NCBI GenBank assembly: GCA_030141605.1
Contig: JAQGDQ010000484.1
Span: 1 to 64,000 of the forward strand
Reading direction: 5' to 3'
DNA from: Tubiluchus corallicola
Taxonomy: Eukaryota > Animalia > Priapulida
DNA: 64,000 nt
Shown: in pieces, positions 50,718-62,964 of the stretch
Numbering within the stretch: the first letter of the stretch is position 1
Layout of the letters: each line of letters opens with the position of its first letter
Notes under the pieces: generated by a model
Told to the model about the DNA's origin: nothing
The model's input: the letters and a program-made list of their open reading frames with translations, nothing else
Database searches by the model: none
Position numbers and translations under genes: made by a program

Positions 50718-51505
50718 AAATTAAGGTAGTAACGGCTTTTCTCAACAAGGAAGTTATCAACCCATTCGAAGTTGAAGAGACAACAGTAACTCCAGATGAA
50801 CTATTCGGAGAGTTTCAGGAGTCTGGACCTAACGATCTACCCCCACCGGGGCCTTACGGTCCTCCCGAAGCAGGTCCATATGGTCCTCCAAAAGCAGGTC
50901 CTTATGGACCACCTCAGCAAGGGCCTTATGGATCACCTCAGCCTGGATCCTATGAGCCTCCACAAACTGATCTTTATGGAACACAGTTAGACCATTATGG
51001 ACAGCGACAGGACGGTACCCAAGATCAACCTCCCGATTTCGTCCCTCCACAGTCCGATCCATATTACGGTGGCGGTAGTGATCCGTATTTGCAATCTGAT
51101 CCATACAGCCAGTCACAGCCGGACCAATACAATGATCAGTCTGGCTACCAACCCGACCAACAATTTGGAAATCAACCCTTTGAAACTAATCCCGGCTACA
51201 ACCCTCCCGACCAGGAAGCGAATTTACCAGAATCTCGAAGGAAGAAAAGACAGCCATTCCAAGAACGCAACACTACACGCCGACGGAAACGGGAGTCATC
51301 CAGAAGTAACGACCGCCTAGAGTACCATCTATATCAGCTCCAGAATGTGACGAAGGAAAATTGTAGGATACAACGCCCGGAGAATCTACGAATGCCGAGC
51401 GACGTCATATACGGAGTTGAACGGTTTTACAACATGCAGATGTTCACGGCTGTGAGATTGGCAAACTTTCTCAGTGATTATATGCAGACCATAGACCCTG
51501 AAGAG
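50718..51505 (+). CDS. Tandem GPR158/179-ectodomain-like protein, exon 4 (Pro/Gly/Tyr linker, furin-type sites, start of module 2)
   Basis: tttcag acceptor, gtacat donor, phase 1 to 0, open throughout. Contains GPYGPP repeats, RRKKR and RRRKR, then NVTKENC...AVRLANFLSDYMQ. Confidence 0.9.
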
Positions 51506-52312
51506 GTACATTTATGACAGTATCTATCGTACTTCCCGCACTTGTTTTTAGGATAGCTATTGTTGTTTTAGCTTAAAGGAAGACAGGATGATTTTTCACA
51601 TACTACCCCATTTTCAAGTCCGATAAAAAGTATATATTTTAAGGCAATTTATACTGCAAGCGCGTTTCTGATAATTAAATAATAGATTGAAAACTTAATT
51701 AACGATGGGCGAGGCCAACTATTGATGATGTCACAAACTAACACAATTTTCAACAGCAAAAGTATTCCACAAGCGAGTTGCACGTGTTTGCGAAAGCGGA
51801 AATTGAAGTACAGTGCTACCGTAAGATATTCAGTGTGTTGTACAAAAACTGGGCATGTTTTGAAATAAAAATTCAAACTTCAAATTAACCACTATGCTCA
51901 CGCATGAGCTCTCGAACGTGTGTAGTTCGTCACAAACTAACTCATCTGAATGGAGAGGTACAGCAGAGGTACAGCACCTGTTTTTGTGCAATGCGTTTCC
52001 GAAATGGAGGCGCTACTGCCCGTCAAACTAGTAAATGGCAAAATGCATGTAACAGCGAAGAACTAGTGGCGAGAGCATGATATTGTGTTTGTGTGGTAAT
52101 AATTCTTTCACGTAAGTCATTCTTGAAAAATAGTGTTTGCTTTCAATATTTTAATGAGTAGATTGTTTTGACCTACAGTTTAAGATTGGGTCCGGTTTTG
52201 ATTTAAGAAGCTGTAATTTGATAAAAATGCAGTTATTTGAACTTCTTAAGTTTTTCTTTGAGTTTTTGTTGCAAAAAAAAACTTCAGATGTTCAAATAAC
52301 TACATTAAATGT

Positions 52313-52820
52313 AGCAAAATCGTCCGTAAGTCGGCAGTTAACCCTTTCTAGTTATGCACATACCCTGAATCTCCATTTCGTAAGGATCATTTTGATACCA
52401 AGTTCATTGCTCAGTGTTATTTTTATGCTGAGATAATCCACGTTGAAGTTGAGGTGCAGGCTAGACGCCGAAAACATAATCTCGAGAAAATTACCGTTAA
52501 AGTATGCCGTTGATGTTATGTTTAAATCCAATAGATGGCTCTTCCTGACAAAGATCTGGGCTTGGCAACGGAAAAAAAACCGAAGCAAAATGACTGCTTC
52601 CACAAGTTACTATCAGAGTTTGAAAATACAAGTTATTTACAATTGCAGTACTAGTTTTTAGCCAGAAAAGTACGGAGTTATACTATTAAATAGTGGAATA
52701 CAAAAATCCACTATATTTAGCATTTTTTATAAAAACAAAAAATAGACCAAATTTTTCGTGCATTATTTTTTGAAGCACCAGAACATAGCTTTAGTCATGC
52801 CGACTTATGGACGGTTTTGG
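52313..52820 (+). mobile_element. MITE family F (TIR gcaaaatcgtcc.taagtcggca)
   Basis: Inverted termini; body shared with 57811-58420 and 58500-59286. Confidence 0.75.
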
Positions 52821-52861
52821 TTTGCAACAAGCACACATACCTCTAATTGTTTATCCCTAAT

Positions 52862-53241
52862 AAGCCTTTTCACAATTCCGGCGATTGATGATGATCATGA
52901 AAAGGTCAGCGGTTAAGTGTACCAGTCAGCATAATTGTGGACACTTGACAACGCTTCGCAGCCCATGCTATTGTAATAGTAACAGTTTGAACAGCTAGCT
53001 AGAACCTTGCCTAGTCCATTTTTTCTTGTTCCCAAGCAAGATCCTGCTAGTAAATCACTGTACACTGTACGCACAGCACAAAGTCCATGTAAAACAACTG
53101 ACGTTACTGTACTGCTGCTGCAGATGGCTTTGCTTTTCCCACAGGTCACGTGGCAATTGTAGTTAAGACGCGTTGCTCTGGTACGCTTAACCTTTGACCT
53201 ACAGCTGCTGTGTATGCGCACAATGAAACAGTGAAAAGGTC
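52862..53241 (-). mobile_element. MITE family A copy (intron 4 of gene 2)
   Basis: agccttttcaca...gtgaaaaggt termini and family body. Confidence 0.78.
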
Positions 53242-53352
53242 ATTGTTCTGTTCTCTTTTGAGTGGTGCTGGATGTTCTTCGTATGAGTAATGTGCTATGA
53301 AAGATGCTTAATTGACATGAGGCTTAATAATTATCACTCCTCCTGCATCCAG

Positions 53353-53610
53353 GTATTTTCTGAACGACTGACAGATATGGAACTGACAGAAAACCAAATC
53401 GTCGGAGAAGTGTTGGCGAACGTCATGGGTGACGATTTGCTCGTGGGCAGCGGAGTGTTCTTCGACGTTAACAAGTTCCGATCCAGGAACGGCCTAATGA
53501 GGCAGTTCTTCGGTCCGTACGCCATGAGAACGGATGTGGCAAGAACCTACCTTGCGGTCGACTACGCTGGACATAATGAGACGTACATTCATGATCCTTG
53601 GTTTGAAAAG
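53353..53610 (+). CDS. Tandem GPR158/179-ectodomain-like protein, exon 5
   Basis: atccag acceptor, gtaagc donor, phase 0 to 0. GEVLANVMGD...GSGVFFD...FFGPYAMR...DPWFEK. Confidence 0.92.
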
Positions 53611-53746
53611 GTAAGCTTGGGAATTAGCCAATATGGGAAATGCTTTTAAACCTAAAGTTAAGCAGTGTTGGCTATGCCAGAACATCTGGATGAGTGCCTG
53701 GTAATGCTATGACTAGATAGGATATTCACAACATAGGATGTGAACG

Positions 53747-54430
53747 TTAAAGGACAAGAAAAGGGGTACCTGAAGTAGGTTCAGAAAAATCGGCTTAAAA
53801 AATTATATTACTTTACAGCAATTTTATGCACATATCATATTCGCGTAGAAAGGAATTTTCATTTGTTTGCATTTTAAATCTCCCGCAGTATTGTTCCTAC
53901 GGCGCCATTACACGACGTCATTAAAACACATAAATCAGGAGAAGAAAAGGCTATGTTAAATTATGCCCCAAAAAACCTTCCTTGCAAATCTATATTACTT
54001 AGCATTTCAGTTACATTCTGGAAAGACTTATGTAACTAGACTAATAATTAAAAAAGTTTGTGCCAATTGGTAAAATGTCGCTGACACACCCTACAGGGTG
54101 CGCCACTCACTAACTAAAAACGTATTGTTAATCTTATTGACAAGGTACAGTAATTTAAAATTTTACTTAGTTAGTAACATGTATGCTACAGATGCTCTGA
54201 TTATTTTTTCATACTTTACAAAATGTTATCTAAACTTGTTTCAAATGACCTACGATTAAAATGGCTGCGCCTAACGGTCATCGCGGGAGTTTAAATTTAC
54301 ACGTTTTATACAGCATTACGGCCGATGCAAGCCATGCATACGAAAAGGCAGTACGTAAGTGGTATAAAATTTCCAGACAAATTTTTTAAGCTTTATGTAA
54401 GTGGAGGGTTTTCTTGTGCTTTTAAAAAAG
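53747..54430 (+). mobile_element. Non-autonomous DNA element, Kolobok-like
   Basis: TTAA followed by an AGG terminus; second copy at 4140-4862. Confidence 0.7.
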
Positions 54431-55060
54431 AAATGGCACTTGTTTCCGTCAAGACAGACAACCTGCTAATGATAAACGCAGACAGGCGAAAACAAATGCT
54501 TCATACATGTGGATTAATCATAACTCTAAACTTTGATTAAAACTTATAAAGACACAAAATAACACAAAACTCTTTGCAAAAAATTTAACACAAATGCGGT
54601 TTTCTTTCTGTCTGCTAAAAGTAGTTTCCAACTTCTCCGCCTCCTTGCCAAATAGTTCCACGTTAAGATAAAGAAGAATTGTCTTCCCTGTGTTCCTCCG
54701 CCAGTAAAAGGGAAACAGCAAATTCCAAAAGCTAAAATGCAGTTTATTTTAAATGAACTCGACAAGAAAATGCTAGGTTATAGCAAAAGGTCTGGTTAAT
54801 CAGACCGCCATCGTCGAGATGATCTCCTCCACCAAGACGCACTACCTAACTCTCATTCGTCACCATCATCTCCTTACATTCTGCAATGTTAACGCAAACG
54901 CAACCAATAACATTGGCGCTCGTGAATATTTAACTGATTCGCAACCTTGTCTTCATGACTACTCCAAAAGACAGAGAGATTCCTAGAAGTTTGCAGGTCA
55001 CTCAGACTTAATAGTTATTACAAGTTACTAATAGTACAAGTTTAATTTCATGCTGTAGTA

Positions 55061-55540
55061 CAGGGGTGTGCAAATTGCGGCCCGCCGAGAGAATTTGTGC
55101 GGCCCTCGAAGGGATTTGTCAACCTAATGAAAGTGTGGCCCAGGCGATTAATTGAGTGTATCCAGCTGAAGTCTGTGCCACGATCCCAAAGATAGTGCGG
55201 TTAGTTTTTTCTACTAGATCGGATGCCATTAATCCTTACAAGACGGTTGTAGCTTAATAACACTGTACTACACAGACTGTGTGATACACATTACTAATAT
55301 GCATTGTTATGAAATTACCACTATCTGTCCTGAAAGTAGAAATATATGGTTTGTAATATAAATTTTAATAACTTCTAAAATAGTTTCTTGAGTGTAGTAG
55401 TAATGATGTACGCAGGTTGGATGCAAAAAAATCGTTATTAGGACTTTCTGTACTTGGCTCCTTGATGAAACTGTCTGTGGGCCGCACGAATTGCGTGAAA
55501 GTTTAATGTGGCCCGGCTAGTCAGATAATTTGCACGCTGT
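55061..55540. mobile_element. hAT/Charlie-like MITE
   Basis: caggggtgtgcaaatt ... aatttgcacgctg termini with gcggccc subterminal repeats. Confidence 0.65.
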
Positions 55541-55656
55541 CGTATTTTAAATATCAATCTAGCGGTGGCCATACCAAGTACTTCCATAAGTATTTTGAGT
55601 GACAGTTTTGCTTGATACAGTTTCGGTTTTAAATGTACATCTCTGATTTGTTATAG

Positions 55657-55910
55657 GTGAAAGCTAGATGGGCTTCAGTGGGAGATCAACTCACAGAGTT
55701 CACGTCTAAGATCTGGCTGCGGTCGGACACAAGCGGGCGTGCTGTCAACCCCTACGAGAGATTCCCAGACCAGTACTATGGACCGGGAATTGATGATGGA
55801 ATGTGGCTAGATCCGTACTTTGACTGCGATGGGTACCTGAACCAGTGGGTGGTCACATACTCCGTACCTTTCTTCGGACAGAATATTCTTCGCACCGGAA
55901 TAGAATTCAA
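55657..55910 (+). CDS. Tandem GPR158/179-ectodomain-like protein, exon 6
   Basis: ttatag acceptor, gtaaat donor, phase 0 to 2. GMWLDPYFDCDGYLNQWVVTYSVPFFG. Confidence 0.92.
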
Positions 55911-56775
55911 GTAAATGATTATGTACATTGAAAAAAGTTTGGCATTCGCTGGAATTGAACCGAAATCGATCAGTAAATGCAGAGTTTAATAATATCTAAA
56001 ATTTATCTTTCCTAACCTGCCTCACATTCTCACACGTGTGCTGGTGCGGTTTTCACATCAGCACGGCTGGATTATGTGATAGGTTGGAGCCTATGGGGCC
56101 CTCAAGCTTTGGGAGGGGGCTTAAACTTGAGGCGCCCTGCCAAAAGATTTTCAAGCATTTTTTTGCATTTTTCGAGTTTAATATTTTAATATTTTGCATT
56201 GCTGAGTCATTCATTTAACTTAGAATAAAATTTCAACTTTAAAAAATGAGAGGCTTGGTAGTCTGAAAAACCAATTTTAAAGGGGGCCCTGTATTTGCGA
56301 CCCCTTATTGGAGATAAAGGGCCCGTGTTGGGGCCTTTCATTTGAGATAAAAGGCCCCAGTTTCGAGCCCTATTTGTGAATCATTTGTGAGTCCACGTTT
56401 GGTGCTCATATTGTGGGCGAGGTAAAGGGCAGGACCCCTCTGAGGGGACCCATAAGTTCAGTAGCCTAGGAGATCCAAAAGGTCACAATCTCGCCCCGTA
56501 CATCAGCTGGTATTTCGGAACACATTTACGTACGTTCATCTTTATTTATGTACAAAAGTCGTTTATATGTGATACTGTTTCTTCATCAATATTTCACTAA
56601 TCTTAATGTGGCAATTTGAGCATTTTTTATTGCTTTGTGACACAGACTCTTATCTAAATTTTGTAAACATGTATGACAATTAGTGAGGCTAAATCTTGTG
56701 TCCAATTTTACTGAACCGCTGTAACAATCCTAACTTTTTGCTAGATGGTGCCTTATCGTATAAACATTTTAATCT

Positions 56776-57130
56776 TTAAAGGAAGACTTAATCTCATGTT
56801 AATTTACTGCCCAAAATATACCTTTTCTTGCCCATAAAAGCTAACAATTGCTCCTTATATTTTAATAATTAGCTTGGAAAGTTAATTAACGACAACCAAA
56901 CACAGCTATTGCCTTCTATTTGTCGGCCATGCAAATGTGACAAAAAAGGCGCCGCTGCCAATCTTAGTAGATTCACTGAGCTGCGCGTAGCTTTGAAAGT
57001 TTAACGAAATTTGAGTATCTGAAGTAATTATTATTTAATCTAAGCATTGATTTAAAAAAAGCTATTGTAGTTTTTAGAGCATTCTTTATTCTGAAGTAAT
57101 GTTTACGCAATCATCCAGTTTTCCTTTAAA
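56776..57130 (-). mobile_element. Kolobok-like MITE copy/fragment
   Basis: ttaa|agg...cct|ttaa ends; right part is the reverse complement of 32607-32820. Confidence 0.65.
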
Positions 57131-57309
57131 GCTATGTGATGACATCTATGGATGGAAGAGGAAGTATTATAAGCTGGTGTCGCTTTGACATCAACATTAC
57201 TGTAAATCATGCGATCTATTTTTGTAAATCTAGCATTTGTTTCTTCTTGTGTAAGCAAACAACATTGCCTTTACTTGTTGAATTCAGAAAAACATCCATT
57301 TTTTCCCAG

Positions 57310-57427
57310 GGGTGTTGTTATTGTTGACGTCAAGCTTGACATGTTGGATATTAATCAATGTCCAATGAGTCCGTACGTGGCAAACGCATTCAAGGGAACT
57401 GACCGATGTGACCAGACGACGACGGAG
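57310..57427 (+). CDS. Tandem GPR158/179-ectodomain-like protein, exon 7
   Basis: tcccag acceptor, gtattc donor, phase 2 to 0. GVVIVDVKLDMLDINQCP...FKGTDRCDQTTTE, a paralogue of exon 2. Confidence 0.92.
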
Positions 57428-57810
57428 GTATTCTTGTTTTATTCCTTTGATGCTCTTTTGTTTTTCTGCATGAGAGTAAAAGTGCAAGGGTTTGCTAGAT
57501 TGATTTTTTAGTCTATAAACTTTGAAATTTAGTAATTTTTGTTCGAAATAAATTTGAAATAAGGTTTCTGGGAGTTGTTGTGTTCTTACATACTACAGAA
57601 AAGCCTATTTCTTGTAATGCATGTGTGTAGTCTTCAGAAATCTCCTTGAGAATAAATGGAAATCGCGTACAAAACATTCACTTTGAAGAAATGAGGTCTT
57701 AGTCGATAACACTCCATAGGAATTGGTCGTCTTTGTGGGTCCAGTCTCGCCTGGATACTGTGTAAGGGGGCCGGACTATTCAAAAGTAAAGAGTCATAAT
57801 AAGGTGCTTG

Positions 57811-58420
57811 CATGGCAAATACGTCTGGAAGTCGGCAATTAAGCAGCTCTTCTAGTTATTCCCTCATTCTGGATCCCATTTCATGGGGATCATTTTGGTA
57901 CCAAGTTCAATGCTTTGAGTTATTTCTAAGCTGAGATAATCCACGTTGGAGTTGAGGTGCAGGCTGCACACTGAAAAACATAACCTTGAGAAAATCACTG
58001 TTAAAGTTGGCCATTGTTTTTGTTACATATCTGTTAGACACTTAGTAACCGTACAAATGGTTGGTTGTTATGGACTTTGCAAGAACGCATTAAAATTATC
58101 TTTACATCCAGTCAATGGCTCTTCCTGACAAAGATCTGGACCTGGTAACAGAAAAAACCCGAAGCAAAATGACCGCTTCCACAAGCTACTATCAGAATTT
58201 GCAATGTGTACTATGCACCCCCATAAGTGGATGTGGGCCTTATGGGGGGGGGGGGGTTATGAAATTAAATTTTTATTATTGTTTGCTTTCCTGATGATTT
58301 GATGTTAGAATAAGTATAAAAGCCCAATATATTTGCTTTTATAAAAAAATTACATTTAACCTAATTTTTGATACTTTCCACTTTGAAGTAGTCTTAAGTA
58401 TGGCGACTTGTGGATTGTTT
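57811..58420 (+). mobile_element. MITE family F copy
   Basis: gctgagataatccacgttg.agttgaggtgcaggct core. Confidence 0.75.
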
Positions 58421-58499
58421 TGATTTGCAAGCACACATACAACATGACAGAAGTCATAGTAATGTCTGAAAAATAAAGAATTAAATCTTTTTTCGTGTT

Positions 58500-59286
58500 A
58501 AAATTATGTTATGATTATTCAAAGTACAACGCACCAAAATTTTGGTCTAATGTTGATTTTTCGTTTTCTATAAAAACAAATGCTAAATATATTGGACTTT
58601 TATATATTATAGCATCACATTACCAAGAAAATCTCCAAAAACTAGCAGAAATTTAATTTTATAACCCCGTGTGTATTTCTCTGCCTAGAAACTAGTCCTG
58701 CTATTGTAAAAAAAATTGTATTTTCAAACACCAGTAGTAGCTCCTAGAAGCTGTCATTTTGCTTCGGACTTTTTCTGTTGCCAAGTCCAGATCTTCAGGA
58801 AGAGCCATATACTGAATTTAAACGTAACTTCAATTTGCTCTTGTAAAGTCCATAGCAACCACACTTTCCTACGGTTGCTAAGTGTTTTGTAGAAACACGA
58901 CAAAAACAATGGCTGACTTTAACAGTGATTTTCTCAAGATTATATTTTTCAGTGTGCAGCCTGCACCTCAACTTCAACGTGGATTATCTCAGCTTAGAAA
59001 TAACACAGAGCAATGAGCTTGGTATGAAAATGATCCTCATGAAATGGAGATTCAGGATACGTGACAAAAAACAATGGCTGACTTTAACAGTGATTTTCTC
59101 AAGATTATGCTTTTCAGTGTGCAGTCTGCACCTCAACTTCAACGTGGACTATCTCAGCTTAGACATAACATAGAGCAATGAACTTGGTATCAAAATGATC
59201 CTCATGAAATGGAGATTTAGGATGTATGTAGGGAATTAGAATAACTAGAAGAGCTAAATTCCTGACTTGTGGACGATTTTGCTGTG
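58500..59286 (-). mobile_element. MITE family F copy, inverted, with internal ~165-bp duplication
   Basis: Reverse complement of the family core present twice; terminus reads cacagcaaaatcgtcc on the minus strand. Confidence 0.75.
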
Positions 59287-59398
59287 CAAGCACACGTTTG
59301 TTTAGAGTATAATTACTTTAATGTCAATCATTGTATGGCACCCTATACTAATAACCTGAATGATAATTTATGGCATTCATAATGGTTCTCTATTCTAG

Positions 59399-59653
59399 TG
59401 CGAATTCGTGCCTGGTCGACGTTTCAGCCGAGGCGGCTACAAATGCAACTGTCGTCAAGGTTACGAGTACCCGTTCCACGATCCGACCACGTTCTACGAT
59501 GGCGACATCATGGAGGTCGAGTACAAAAAGATGAAGAGAGGTTTTCCGACACGATTCTCACAGCTTGTCTGCCGCATAGGTGGCGCCAGTAGCGTCGGTA
59601 GTAGCGCTGCCCTCCTGCTCTCTTTGCTGTTACTGCGATACGTTCTTCACTAA
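59399..59653 (+). CDS. Tandem GPR158/179-ectodomain-like protein, exon 8 (Cys-rich module 2 plus hydrophobic GPI-like tail)
   Basis: ttctag acceptor. CEFVPGRRFSRGGYKCNCRQGYEYPF...CRIGGASSVGSSAALLLSLLLLRYVLH-TAA. The eight exons sum to 2880 nt (959 aa plus stop). Confidence 0.92.
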   Translation, partial: CEFVPGRRFSRGGYKCNCRQGYEYPFHDPTTFYDGDIMEVEYKKMKRGFPTRFSQLVCRIGGASSVGSSAALLLSLLLLRYVLH

Positions 59654-59685
59654 CAGAAATTGCTTTTTCTTTATATAGAGTTATA

Positions 59686-60148
59686 CAGTCAACCTCGGAT
59701 ATAAGGCCCCCCCTGGGAAGAAAAATCGTCCCTTATATTCGATGTCCCTTGTAGCCGAAGTTGAGGCAGACCGAATGTGTATTTTTCTGTACTTTTACCC
59801 ATATTTTTATGGATTATTGCTACACATTCAGCACAAACGGTATGTAGGAATCTCTTTCAGTGACGTGAGATGTATGTGACCACGGAAACCGAGCTGTTCG
59901 AAGGCCGAGTTTGCAAAAAATTGAGGTTAAAAATCTATCAATTCCACTTTGATCATAGGGTCCCTTATATGCGAGGTAATTTACCTGGGTTTCTATTACA
60001 CGGGACCTGAAGATATCATCCCTTATAACCGAAAGTCCCCTATATCCGAGTACCTACGAAGATTTTTACATAGGAAGAACGGTACGAAAAATTGGGACCG
60101 GTGTTGGTGGTCCCTTAGAAGCGAGAAGCTTATACCCGAGGTTGACTG
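59686..60148 (+). mobile_element. Tc1/mariner (pogo/Tigger-like) MITE family D, 33 bp after the gene 2 stop codon
   Basis: TA|cagtcaacctcggatataag...cttatacccgaggttgactg|TA. Confidence 0.85.
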
Positions 60149-60988
60149 TAGTTTTAAAACTTTTATTCTTGTAATGTTCTCTGATAGCAGCTGTGAATTT
60201 TTTTATATATACAACAGGAACCCATATACAGTTTGCTGTAAGAATAACGATACTTTGTAATATAACAACTAAGATACCTAGGATAGTTAGTGAAAGTCAT
60301 CTTCAAGATATTAATAAACCCGCCATATTGAAGATATTAATGACCAGAGTTCTTTCCTGTGTAAAAAGTGACATGCAGCTTTTACTCATATTCTAAGATC
60401 TGAACTCTACTATTTTTTTTAAATATGAGAAGTTTTAATTATCGTGTACTTTTAAATTTAATCATTGTGATCGTGACTTTTAAAATTGTTGTAATAAGCA
60501 TTTGCGATAAATGCATGAAAAATCATGGACAAAAATTTCTAAATTTTAATAAACACTTTTACGTAAATATAATAATTGTTTAATGTATGTATTGTGCTGC
60601 ACAATGGATCATGCAACTGCGTTCAAATCATTAAACTCAGGATCTTACCTTGCAGATTAAAAATCTTCTGAAAGTCGAGAATTATTTTTAAAAATATTCT
60701 CAAATATAAATTTAAAAAATTGAAGCTTAGATGATGACTCAGTTGAACGAAATACTAAATTGAACCTTCTTAACTGCAAACTTGAGATTGATTTAATGAC
60801 AACTAATCTAGGATACAGTCGGAATACAGAAAATTTATGTCGGAAAATTTTTGATATTTTCTATTTTTATCACTTCTTGTTTTCTTATACATCTAATAAC
60901 AAGTGTTTAAACATGATCCTAGTATAGGGCTGCCAGATTAGAAGTACGGAACGCTTTTAAAATCTCTATATATTACTATATATATATA

Positions 60989-61044
<56 letters not shown>

Positions 61045-61051
61045 TATAGTA

Positions 61052-61731
61052 CAGTGTTATCTCGCTACTTTGCGGTTTGTTTATCGTGGAGTCACTATTT
61101 CGCGGGTTTTCAAAAATATCAATGTAAAATATTTATCGCGGTATTTTCGCCATTTTGCGGTACTCTGTCTAAAGTATTTTTGCATATGCGTAGTACGTAT
61201 TGTACAGTGATGTATAGATTTGATGAATTTTGCATAAAAAATCACAAAATGTATAAAAATATATTGAAAAATATTAATTCTAACATTAAAAGAATATTAT
61301 AAATCGTAAAAAATTACCGTTTACAGTAAATAGTGTATTTATTCGGCGGATGAATACAAAACAAAAACGAAATGTGGTATTTGCGCCCGCTTGTGATGCT
61401 ATTTGCCGATGTGAGATTGTACACAACACATAAAGACTTAAAATAATGTAAATAGGTTTAAATAAATAGGTTGATTAAATAGATTTAAGAGTTTAAAACA
61501 TTTTTATGAACACTTAAGTAAAGTACACTTAAAAGATACATGTACAGTATGCGAAAAGTTATTAAGGGAATGGGAAAGGGTCATGTATAAGACTGCAGGG
61601 AGGGTTTATAAAGACTTAAAACAAGGTATAACTACATGTACTAAAATAAGTATAGCGTCCCTACTTCGCGGAAATTCACTTATCGCGGGTGGGCCTGGAA
61701 CGGAACACCCGCGATACGTGAGGGAACACTG
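61052..61731. mobile_element. Tigger/pogo-like MITE
   Basis: TA|cagtgttatctcgc ... gtgagggaacactg|TA with cgcg-rich subterminal motifs. Confidence 0.75.
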
Positions 61732-62251
61732 TATATGTAAAGCTTATAAATTTATACATACAAAACCCAGACCAATATATTTTATAGAAGTAAGTTAAAA
61801 ACATAAAACAACTTGCAAACAGGGAGCAAACACATCCAAACTTTTTTGTGTAAACTTCTAGTAACTCTAGTTTCCTCATTACATTTGGGTCACTTTCATC
61901 AAGAGAATCCGAGAAAAGAAAGTCTAATTACTTATAAAGTTACAACTAAGAACCTTAAGAAGGTAGCAAAAATATATTTATAAATCACGAAATTTGAAAA
62001 CTAACTAAATACGGGACATTTGAATGCCTTAGAAAGGTCAGTAGGAGACAGGGGATAAAATTATCCTGTCAGTATAAGTGAGATACTCGGTGCCATAGCT
62101 AAATGGGGAGCAAAAACAGCAATTGCTCCTCGAGCGCATTTGTCAAATTTAGCACTTTTTCAAAAACAAAATGGTTTTTATTGTCATCCATTTTAAATAA
62201 AGTTTTTATTATTTTTATTATTATAATAATTATTACAACCTGCTGCCCACG

Positions 62252-62535
62252 GTGTATCTCGACACTAGGCGGAAGAGCTGCAACGGCCACGTGTAGAGGA
62301 GTAAACCTTCCAAATCAGGAGTGGAGCCCCGAAGGCGGACCAGTGCAGCATGCTAGGGAGGAACAGAGGGGGTCAGGATCTCCATACACCTTGCCCAGGC
62401 GTGCGCCCTGGAGACGTTCAAGGATCGGACTGCTCAGTCACAGTCGACGCTGCAGCTCCATCAATGTAATCAATAACTGACTCTCTTGGCGCACACTCCA
62501 TTGTCTTCCCAGACAAAATGATGCCAACAACAATT
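62252..62535 (+). mobile_element. Second copy of the RTE-related SINE (head-truncated, internally deleted)
   Basis: Near-identical to the reverse complement of parts of 7460-7870; (CAA)n tail. Confidence 0.75.
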
Positions 62536-62964
62536 ACAACCTGCCTTAATTTTTTATTTGATCAACCTGTCTCCCACAATGAGCATTTACGCAACTCATT
62601 TGTCAAAGTTGACTGATTTGAACCAAGGATCAAATTGCCCCAAATCTAATTATTATAATTATATTCTTGTCATATGTTCCTGATACCGTCTGTTATGGCG
62701 TAGACAAATGTGTAATGGCTTCATGTGTCATGGCACCTTTTTGCCGTGTTTGCTCCCCCTAAATTAAGAACCTGGCTACGCCCCCCTCTCTCTGACGGAG
62801 ATTCTCATTTCAAAGAAACAATTTGATGGAGCGACATTTTTATACAGGTTGGTTCATTAATAAGCTGGAATGCAGAAGTCATTAGTTAGTTCCAGGTAGC
62901 AGATGCAATGCATAATCTACATGTTTGTGGCAGGACGGAAACTTCTGTCTGCTGAATCTGTCGC

